This document shows, one piece after another, positions 36,299 to 43,243 of a stretch of DNA of 43,243 nucleotides. Each line of letters opens with the position of its first letter. The stretch's first letter is position 1. Position numbers and translations under genes: made by a program. The notes beneath the pieces are model-generated. The model was not told the DNA's origin and did not search any database. It saw nothing but the letters and a program-made list of their open reading frames with translations. Origin of the DNA: a virus (Duplodnaviria; Caudoviricetes); IMG/VR virus record IMGVR_UViG_3300032243_001205, positions 1 through 43,243 of that record; one strand, given 5' to 3'.

Positions 36299-37420
36299 AT
36301 GCAAATGCATAGTGGAAGAAACCTGTGCAAGCTGACACTTTCTGCACTCTTAGTGAGTATCTACACGAATTGTGACGCTGCGATTGGAACCGTTACAGAA
36401 CAAGTGAATCTGCCCCCTTCGATACAACGATCGAAAACGACTCTGACCGGAACCAAAGGAACTGGAGTGGAAATGTTGGACGAGGTGAAAACCACCCGCG
36501 GTAAGGCCGGTATTACCTTTAGTGACAACACCCAGGTCCAAGTCAATGAAAACAGTCGTTTAGTCATTGATGATTTTGTGTATGATCCCAAGTCTACCAA
36601 AGGTGGTCGACTGGCAGTAAACATTGCCTCAGGAACTGTGAGATATGCATCAGGACAAATCGCAAAAAATTCCCCTCATATTGTGGTTGTTAATACTCCT
36701 ACCGCTACTATTGGTGTTAGGGGGACCGATTTTACTGCTACTGTTGACGAGCTGGGAGCCAGCACTGTTATACTTTTGCCTAGTTGTCCTTTTGGCTGGC
36801 GTGATGTTGAGCGTGATTGCAAGACCGGAGAAATCTCAGTGACCACTGATATTGGATCGGTCGTTTTAAATCGACCATTTCAGGCCACCAAGGTTGAAAC
36901 CCGTGGCACAATACCAACCAAACCGGTCATACTGAATCTAAATCCTGACGCGATTAACAATATGTTGATTGTGGCACCACCTAGAGAACTTAGAGAAGAC
37001 AGAGATACTAGAATATCAGTCAAGGGCGCACTTGACGTAAATTTCCTTAAAGAAACTGGCCTGGTCAATGCGTTTGATGCACAAGAACCTGCTTTCAAAG
37101 ACACACTGAGAACTAACTTATTAGATCAAGATTTTCTGACCAATGTATTAGATCTTATCAACGCACAAATGGCCGCACAATTAAATCTATTGAACACAAC
37201 CAGTAGTGGTCTATTGCCAGACTATAGTGCTACTACTGGAGTTATTGCCTCGGTTGACGATAACACAGTTACTCTAAGTAGAGATGATGGTAGTAATATA
37301 CAAAGTGTGACCGTGCCTAAAAATCAAAATACAACCATATACCAGATTCAAGGTAGTGTAGAAATTCGCAACCGTGTTAATACCGGTGGATCTACTGTCA
37401 TAACATTAAAGCAGAATTGA
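36299..37420 (+). CDS. Secreted FecR-domain protein
   Basis: Signal peptide then AIGTV; ITFSDNTQVQVNENSRLVIDDFVYDP, GTVRYASG, VNTPTATIGVRGTDF. Confidence 0.88.
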   Translation: MQMHSGRNLCKLTLSALLVSIYTNCDAAIGTVTEQVNLPPSIQRSKTTLTGTKGTGVEMLDEVKTTRGKAGITFSDNTQVQVNENSRLVIDDFVYDPKSTKGGRLAVNIASGTVRYASGQIAKNSPHIVVVNTPTATIGVRGTDFTATVDELGASTVILLPSCPFGWRDVERDCKTGEISVTTDIGSVVLNRPFQATKVETRGTIPTKPVILNLNPDAINNMLIVAPPRELREDRDTRISVKGALDVNFLKETGLVNAFDAQEPAFKDTLRTNLLDQDFLTNVLDLINAQMAAQLNLLNTTSSGLLPDYSATTGVIASVDDNTVTLSRDDGSNIQSVTVPKNQNTTIYQIQGSVEIRNRVNTGGSTVITLKQN

Positions 37421-37421
37421 T

Positions 37422-38108
37422 ATGAACGATTGGGATAAAGGTAACTTAAAATTTGTTGCTTTTGTAGTTGGACTTGCCACAATCTGGCTATTGTTGACTA
37501 TCTTTTTTATTCCCAATCGAGCACACGCTCAAGGTATAATAGGAATGAATCTTGATGGCACGGCCATTTATGCCCCCACTGGTAGCAATACAATTTACAT
37601 AGAACAGATTGGCAGTTATAATTCTATTACAGTCAATCAAGATGGAACGGGTCATGCGGCAGTCGTTACCATGGGCTTGGCGTCTGCTGTTGATAACACG
37701 ACTGTCGCCATCGACCAGAAAGATTCTGGCGCAAAACGGGCCACAGTGGATATTCCTGGTGGCTTCAACAACAGTGTCAGTATACTTCAACAGGGTGCCG
37801 GCAATCATACCGCGTCCATCACAAATCTAAATGGCATTGCCAATAGCGTTACAATCAATCAAGGCGGTGCTGGCAAGCATACCATGGAAATCGTTGGAGC
37901 CGCTGGATCACAGAACAACGGCAATACTATCACAGCTACACAAACAGGAGGTGCGGGCACAGACAAAACTTTCAATCTTTGGTTGAATGGGTGGAATACC
38001 AACGTCACCATTGAACAAACAAATCCTACCACAGCAGGACAAGCCGGAATGAATATCACGTGCGGCAACAGTTGTGGAACACAACCTTGGAGTTACATCA
38101 GCAGATAA
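37422..38108 (+). CDS. Second curlin-repeat secreted protein
   Basis: Long hydrophobic leader ending AHA; NTIYIEQIGSYN, NSITVNQDG, NSVSILQQGAGNH, NSVTINQGG, NTITATQTGG; C-terminal CGNSC. Confidence 0.78.
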   Translation: MNDWDKGNLKFVAFVVGLATIWLLLTIFFIPNRAHAQGIIGMNLDGTAIYAPTGSNTIYIEQIGSYNSITVNQDGTGHAAVVTMGLASAVDNTTVAIDQKDSGAKRATVDIPGGFNNSVSILQQGAGNHTASITNLNGIANSVTINQGGAGKHTMEIVGAAGSQNNGNTITATQTGGAGTDKTFNLWLNGWNTNVTIEQTNPTTAGQAGMNITCGNSCGTQPWSYISR

Positions 38109-38174
38109 CATGTCAACAACATAGGTGAGCAGTAACCATTATCTGATAAGAGTGCGAAGCACCGGGAGATAACG

Positions 38175-38405
38175 ATGATACAATTTAATTTATTAAAAGC
38201 AAAACACATCGACATGAAGTACATCGATGAAGCCAGTATGTATATCACTGCCAACGGCGGCGAGTTCCATATTGGCAAGCGGCAGATAGAGTTTTATGTT
38301 CCTGAAGCCTATTCGGACTTTGTGGCCATGAAGTTTCCGTTCCTACAGGTGGAACAGTATGTGTGGGAAGAAACAGAGGATACCTTCTGGCCTCCTGAGT
38401 CATAG
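38175..38405 (+). CDS. Hypothetical protein (76 aa)
   Basis: GGAG RBS; isolated ORF between curlin 2 and cyclase. Confidence 0.7.
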   Translation: MIQFNLLKAKHIDMKYIDEASMYITANGGEFHIGKRQIEFYVPEAYSDFVAMKFPFLQVEQYVWEETEDTFWPPES

Positions 38406-38455
38406 CTCCAGGGTGTATGCGTAGTTAATTATTACAACCCTGCCTGTAAATATAT

Positions 38456-38537
38456 ATGTCAGCATTATAACTACAACGAGCTGACCGGGCTGTACCTTTG
38501 GAGCCATTACTTTTTGGAGCAATGGCTCTTTTTTTTT
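38456..38537 (+). ncRNA. Candidate late small RNA (about 80 nt)
   Basis: TAAATA 38447-38452, hairpin GTCAGC/GCTGAC (38458-38485), then terminator; only a 4-codon ORF inside. Confidence 0.45.
38501..38537 (+). terminator. Rho-independent terminator
   Basis: GAGCCATT...AATGGCTC stem followed by T9. Confidence 0.88.
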
Positions 38538-38550
38538 CGGTAAATATTAC

Positions 38551-40563
38551 ATGTTGAAAAAAATCTTAATCACACCATGGACAGCTCTACTGACCTTGTT
38601 TCTAGTGGTTGGATTGCGAGTAGCCGATCCTGCATTTGTTGAAAGTGTTCGACTGCGTTACTTTGACACATTGGTAACCAGTCGACCCACAGAAGTCATT
38701 GGAGTCAGCACAGTAAACATAGATGAAAAGGCCTTAGAACGTTATGGACAATTCCCTTTCAGTCGCGATATCTACGCTACCATTATTCGAGACCTGTATC
38801 AACGCAATGCAGGTCTTGTTGTGTTTAACGTTCTTACTCCTGATCGTGATCGCATGGGCCAGGATGCAGCCTACATCCAAGCACTACGCCAGTACCCGAC
38901 GGTACTTCCTAACATTGGATCACAGACTTCACGCAATACTGCGCGAGTTCCGGGATCGGTTGTAATTGGTCCTTATGCTCGGCAGTTCGTTGAGTACCCC
39001 GGCATCATTGCCAACCAGCCTGGTATAGAATCAGCCGCGGTCGGTGTTGGCCTAGTAAACACCTTGCCCGAAGTCGACGGAGTTGTGCGCCGCATGCCCA
39101 TGGTAGCCGACAGCCAAGGTCGGCTGTATCCCAGTCTTGCCATGGAGACTCTACGTGTGGCCGGTGGCGATACCACCTTCCAAGTCAAGATCAATGAAAA
39201 CGGCGTTGAGAAAATGCGTATTCCAAAATTTGGACCCATTGTGACCGACAGTCTAAGTCGCATCTGGATTGATTGGAGCCTTGTGCCAGAACAGTATAGT
39301 TTGACCAATTTACCAAAAAACTTTGAAGGCGATATTGTTATTGTCGGAGTGTCGGCGCAAGGACTGGCCAATCCTGTGGCCACCAGTCGTGGCGAAATGT
39401 TGCCACAAGATTTACAAGCAAGTGTATTGGGTACTGTGATTGCCAACAGAGATCGTCCGGCAATCACTAGACCAGACTGGGCCGATGGTGCTGAAATCAT
39501 AGCCCTAGCGGTATTGGCAGTTGTATTGATATTCTTAACGAGGTGGACCTATGTCGGCATTATTTCTAGCATTATTGTTATTGGCTCTATTATACCTATT
39601 TGTTCGTATGTTTACGGCAGTTATTCTTGGCTCGTCGATGCAACTATTCCTGTGGGCGGGCTTGTTCTTGTTATGCTTCATGCTTATGGAGTCAAGTTTG
39701 TATCAGAGTTTCTCGCTCGTCAACAAATAAAACGACAGTTTGGAAGTTATGTTAATCCTACCATTGTAGAACGCTTGCAAAAGGATCCTGGCTTGATCAA
39801 GTTAGGTGGAGAACGCAAGGAACTCAGTATTGTCATGACCGACCTACGTGGATTTACCACACTTGGTGAAAGCTTTGGCGACGATGTCGAAGGTCTAACA
39901 CAAATCATGAACGACTACATGACAGCCCTGAGCGTACCAGTGCTTGAAAATGATGGTACATTGATCAAGTTCATTGGCGATGCGTCATTGCATGTACACG
40001 GCGCACCCTTGGATGATGTCAATCATGCCAAGACTGCTGTTCGTACAGCACTGGCCATGATCCAAGCAATCGAAGCGTTTAACGTAGGCCTGGTTGCCAG
40101 CGGTCGTCCTCCTGTGGGCATGGGTGCCGGTGTCAACACCGGCGAAACACTCATAGGTAACATTGGCGCCAAAACCAAGTTTGGCTACGATGTCTTGGGC
40201 GATAGCGTAAGTACTGCGGCTAGACTGGAAGGGCAAACCAAGGCCTATGGAGTCCTGCTGATCATAGGTCCACGCACAGCTGAACTTGTACGTGACGAAA
40301 TTCCTGTGTTTGAACTAGATTGTATAGCAGTCAAAGGCAAGACCATTGGCTTAAATATCTATGCAGTAGAACAAGAAACCCAAGAACATAGAGATTTCCT
40401 AAAACTGTACTATGGTGGTGATTGGAAGCGAGCGTCAACCCTAATCCCCAGATGTATAAACGCTAATCCCAACATGGAGAAGTATTATGACGCAATGGCA
40501 GATAGATTGGCTGAAGGCAAACCCGATTCCTGGTCTGGAATATTTAGAGCTACTAGTAAATAG
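38551..40563 (+). CDS. CHASE2-domain membrane class III adenylate/guanylate cyclase
   Basis: N-terminal TM, CHASE2 (VNIDEKALERYGQFPFSR, DGVVRRMP, PSLAMETLR), 3 TMs, TDLRGFT, IKFIGDA, GVNTG, YDVLGDSVSTAARLEG, VKGK; TAAATA at 38541-38546. Confidence 0.95.
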   Translation: MLKKILITPWTALLTLFLVVGLRVADPAFVESVRLRYFDTLVTSRPTEVIGVSTVNIDEKALERYGQFPFSRDIYATIIRDLYQRNAGLVVFNVLTPDRDRMGQDAAYIQALRQYPTVLPNIGSQTSRNTARVPGSVVIGPYARQFVEYPGIIANQPGIESAAVGVGLVNTLPEVDGVVRRMPMVADSQGRLYPSLAMETLRVAGGDTTFQVKINENGVEKMRIPKFGPIVTDSLSRIWIDWSLVPEQYSLTNLPKNFEGDIVIVGVSAQGLANPVATSRGEMLPQDLQASVLGTVIANRDRPAITRPDWADGAEIIALAVLAVVLIFLTRWTYVGIISSIIVIGSIIPICSYVYGSYSWLVDATIPVGGLVLVMLHAYGVKFVSEFLARQQIKRQFGSYVNPTIVERLQKDPGLIKLGGERKELSIVMTDLRGFTTLGESFGDDVEGLTQIMNDYMTALSVPVLENDGTLIKFIGDASLHVHGAPLDDVNHAKTAVRTALAMIQAIEAFNVGLVASGRPPVGMGAGVNTGETLIGNIGAKTKFGYDVLGDSVSTAARLEGQTKAYGVLLIIGPRTAELVRDEIPVFELDCIAVKGKTIGLNIYAVEQETQEHRDFLKLYYGGDWKRASTLIPRCINANPNMEKYYDAMADRLAEGKPDSWSGIFRATSK

Positions 40564-40779
40564 TTGGATCGACTACTGTACCTGGTGGGGATTGCAGATA
40601 TGGTTTGCCCGATATAGGATTCCAGAACAAGCTGGAGATTTTGAACGGTTTGTGGGTTCTTTCAGCTTGAACGGCGTCAAGAGCTCAAACCTTTGCCGGC
40701 CAAATTAGAAACAAAAAGTTTATAAATTTACGGACCCGGGTCGAAATCAGCTAATTATAGTTGGATCTCTGGAGGAAAA

Positions 40780-40845
40780 ATGTTTGATCAAAATGTGTTG
40801 AAAAAAATAGTAAACGACTCAACAGTCGTAGCCGGTGTAGTATGA
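40780..40845 (+). CDS. Possible 21-aa peptide
   Basis: GGAGG RBS; MFDQNVLKKIVNDSTVVAGVV; ATGA-coupled to next gene. Confidence 0.4.
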   Translation: MFDQNVLKKIVNDSTVVAGVV

Positions 40846-41399
40846 ACATCAGTTGGATTCTGTCTGATTCTGCGGCCTTGGATCCCACGCAGGATGTCAA
40901 TGATCTCAAACGGCTGGGTGCATTCTGGGGATCATGGCGTACCTGGCGAGCTTATCAAACAGACAATGTGATTTGCCATGACATGGCCAAGGCTGATGAA
41001 TTGATCCGCCGCCAGTTCCAAACGCATTGTAATTTATACATACCCAACTCGGTCTATGTAAATCTAGATCGTCCCGCTGGTGTTCGACTGTATGAAGGTG
41101 AATTTGTGCATGATGTTGATCGCCAAGAAGAAATAGTGGCCATACATCTAGCGGCCACTACCAGTGAAATCGTCCTGTTGTTGGGTTGGGATCTAACCGA
41201 ATTGGTAGCCGATGCAGACCGTTTCCGAACAGTACAGGCACAGCATCATCGCAACCTAGTACGCCAGGCCATGCAGGATTATGATCAGGTACAGTGGGTC
41301 GTCGTGGACCACCCCAAGCCTGTGGATCCAAATTTACTGAATTTGGGCAATGTGGTCACCGATACCTTGGCAGCAGTGCTGGCTCTAGCAGGTGATTGA
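40842..41399 (+). CDS. Hypothetical protein, possibly degenerate Rossmann-like (MptE/GT29-like) fold
   Basis: 185 aa; DNVICHD and LAA..SEIVLLLGWDL patterns; fold call tentative. Confidence 0.65.
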   Translation: MNISWILSDSAALDPTQDVNDLKRLGAFWGSWRTWRAYQTDNVICHDMAKADELIRRQFQTHCNLYIPNSVYVNLDRPAGVRLYEGEFVHDVDRQEEIVAIHLAATTSEIVLLLGWDLTELVADADRFRTVQAQHHRNLVRQAMQDYDQVQWVVVDHPKPVDPNLLNLGNVVTDTLAAVLALAGD

Positions 41400-41424
41400 C
41401 AATTAATCTCAGTTAGCGTATACT
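41396..41424 (+). promoter_or_regulatory. Sigma70 promoter TTGACA-17-TATACT, likely leaderless
   Basis: -35 41396-41401, -10 41419-41424, ATG 41431, no SD. Confidence 0.8.
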
Positions 41425-41430
41425 AGCTGT

Positions 41431-42462
41431 ATGACTACACTAAAACGTATCGGTTTCTGTTGCAAATGGCTCAATGATCCGTCCGAATGCGGCGGCATGA
41501 AGGTCAATGCAGTGGATCGTGATCTCAACGGTCGTAGCACCACCATGCGTTGGTTGCGTGAGCATCCTGAGGAGGCCGAACAGCGCCAGTGGGACATCAT
41601 GAATCACAACACCCGTGCCGCTGTGAAGCTGATCGAGCGTGTGGCCACCTTGCCGCCTGAACGGCGCATGGTTCGCCTGGGCAGTGAAATGCTACAAGGC
41701 TATACCGAACCCTCATGGAAGGCCTGGTGGCAACAGAAGCATGTGCAGGATCACTTGGAGCGGATTTTTGCTCCTATTGGTGAAACTGCCCGTCGCCTGG
41801 ATGTTAGACTCAGTTTTCATCCTGGACAGTTTTGTGTGTTGGCGTCGGAGAATCCCGGCATTGTAGAACGAAGCTTAGAGGAGTTTGAATATCATGCGAG
41901 TATGGCAGAGTGGATGGGTTACGGACAAACCTTTCAGGACTTCAAAATTAACGTCCACATCTCAGGTAAAAGAGGTCCAGAGGGTCTCCGCGACGCTTAC
42001 CGACGATTATCCTCCACCGCCCGCAGTTGTATTACAATTGAAAACGAAGAAAACTCATGGGGGTTAAATGATTGTCTTACCATTTCTGATCTTGTGCCTA
42101 TTGTGCTGGACGTTCATCATTTCTGGATCCGCGAAGGAGCCTACATCCTACCTGGAGACGACCGTGTTAAGAGAGTTGTTGATAGTTGGCGCGGTGTGCG
42201 TCCTGCTATGCATTATAGCGTCAGCCGGGAAGATATACTTGTGGGACATGATGCACACCAAGCCCCCGACTATGCGGCGCTTTTGGTAGAAGGTCATAAG
42301 AAACAGAAATTAAGAGCACACTCGGACTTTTACTGGAATCAAGCAACCACCGACTGGGCCTTGACATTCTGGGATCAATTTGACCTCCAATGCGAATCAA
42401 AATCTAAGAATCTTGGATCTGAACAGGTTTACAATCGTGCTGTAGAGCTTGGGCTCGTTTGA
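41431..42462 (+). CDS. uvsE: UV damage endonuclease UvsE/UVDE
   Basis: RIGFCC, RLSFHPGQFCVLAS, INVHISG, TIENEE, LDVHH, MHYS, RAHSD, ESKSKN. Confidence 0.93.
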   Translation: MTTLKRIGFCCKWLNDPSECGGMKVNAVDRDLNGRSTTMRWLREHPEEAEQRQWDIMNHNTRAAVKLIERVATLPPERRMVRLGSEMLQGYTEPSWKAWWQQKHVQDHLERIFAPIGETARRLDVRLSFHPGQFCVLASENPGIVERSLEEFEYHASMAEWMGYGQTFQDFKINVHISGKRGPEGLRDAYRRLSSTARSCITIENEENSWGLNDCLTISDLVPIVLDVHHFWIREGAYILPGDDRVKRVVDSWRGVRPAMHYSVSREDILVGHDAHQAPDYAALLVEGHKKQKLRAHSDFYWNQATTDWALTFWDQFDLQCESKSKNLGSEQVYNRAVELGLV

Positions 42463-43024
42463 CAGCCCAATACTCTTTCATTGCTTTACTTTTTTTATCC
42501 AAAGTTTCTTGAGAGTATTTGCGTCCCTTGCTTGCTTTACCTAATGCACTTATTTGTTCTTTTCTTTTAGTATTAGTGGCCCAATTTTGTTTAGCCGACT
42601 CGTTCCAGGCCGCTTGATGTTCCTTGCTACGAGGTTTAGGAACACCCTTACAAGACTTACTTAAATTTTGTTTATGAGCATCAGTTCTGGGTGATTTTTT
42701 TCTACCAAGTTGTTGTTGGCGAAATAACTCTTTTCTTTCTTCGGTATGATTGCCGCCGCCACCAGTTTCTGGAATCTGATTTGCCCACCCAGAATCTTTG
42801 GCAACATTCCAAAGGTCACTATAATATCGACCCCATTGAGATAATTCTTGATTGGTTTGACACTCTTGTATAATTTCAGTATCGTAATCAGCACCGTGTT
42901 CTTTCAGATGTGCTTTCCATATGCCGCCGGATCCGTGATAAGCATGTGGATCGGTTGAAGTAGTTTTGCCGAGATATTTTAGACCTGTTTTACGATGGGT
43001 CTTAACATACAAATAAATAGTCAT
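42404..43024 (-). mobile_element. Free-standing GIY-YIG (Seg-like) homing endonuclease with NUMOD3-like repeats
   Basis: IYLYVKTH..TGLKYLGKT, YHGSG, WAN..PETG; HTEERKELFR, GRKYSQETLDKKSKA; opposite strand, AT-richer, overlaps uvsE 3' end. Confidence 0.8.
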
Positions 43025-43025
43025 T

Positions 43026-43095
43026 GCTGATAGTTCCTTTTCAACTGTTAGAGTAGTTGGATCTGCCAGGATCGCGAACTACACCTTTATTTATA
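43026..43095 (-). promoter_or_regulatory. Late promoter TATAAATA plus structured two-hairpin leader of the endonuclease
   Basis: TATAAATA 43095-43088; GTAGTT...AACTAC hairpin 43082-43053; second weak hairpin around AAGGA RBS. Confidence 0.7.
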
Positions 43096-43242
43096 CTGAA
43101 CTAATTGTTCTATGCGACGCACAGCATCTGGCGCAGCGTCTTCCTCAAATTGATTATACATTTTGGATCTTTGTATCTCACTTGATTGAGATCCTGAAAA
43201 CGCAGAATTAGATTGGGTTTGTTGAATGTTTCTTTGAGCCAT
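43087..43242 (-). CDS. C-terminal fragment of a minus-strand gene running off the window end
   Basis: Open frame ...MAQRNIQQ...AAPDAVRRIEQLVQYK-stop; an alternative frame is also open so the frame is uncertain. Confidence 0.5.
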   Translation of the reverse strand: MAQRNIQQTQSNSAFSGSQSSEIQRSKMYNQFEEDAAPDAVRRIEQLVQYK

Positions 43243-43243
43243 T

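Noticed and set aside
29512-40563. Host chromosomal contamination (clpX, rpsU, csg, cyclase)
   Set aside because: Genes carry the same phage late-promoter cores, compact overlaps and composition as flanking phage genes, and lack their usual bacterial neighbours (clpP, lon, dnaG, csgDE)
40487-40708. 73-aa ORF overlapping the cyclase end
   Set aside because: 77-nt out-of-frame overlap and no recognisable features; cannot be supported
1-43243. Stop-codon reassignment as in some large phages
   Set aside because: Known genes are full length under the standard code and TAA, TAG and TGA all terminate genes
1-43243. tRNA/tmRNA/rRNA genes
   Set aside because: No cloverleaf with T-loop GTTCRA and acceptor stem seen in the short intergenic gaps; tRNAscan-SE/ARAGORN would confirm

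Overview
43 kb segment of a large lytic dsDNA tailed phage (T4-like/jumbo myovirus style), standard genetic code, almost all genes on the + strand; host probably a Gram-negative proteobacterium (inferred from IscU/IscA, class Ia NrdAB, CsgG and lipoproteins). Order: end of a DnaB/gp41-like helicase; putative head-associated proteins including a Pol-beta nucleotidyltransferase/ligase-like fusion; iscU-iscA; PD-(D/E)XK exonuclease; beta-helix tail protein; nrdA-[9-aa repeat protein, YHYH protein, class V aminotransferase]-nrdB-glutaredoxin; PAAR and putative structural genes; an early region behind twin sigma70 promoters (lipoproteins, DNA ligase, very acidic proteins, YccA/BI-1, CDGSH-like protein); clpX-rpsU-hsp20-clpS; a metallophosphoesterase; then the most striking locus, a late-promoter-driven curli/type VIII secretion cassette (csgF, csgG, two curlin-repeat proteins) interleaved with a secreted FecR-domain protein and followed by a CHASE2 class III cyclase, flanked by a stand-alone paralogue of the cyclase C-terminal region, two paralogous membrane proteins and a candidate small RNA; finally uvsE and a GIY-YIG/NUMOD3 homing endonuclease. 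T4-type late promoters ((TA)TAAATA) and sigma70 promoters recur, several placed to give leaderless mRNAs. No tRNA, rRNA or CRISPR array was seen. All calls come from reading motifs by eye; no database search was run.
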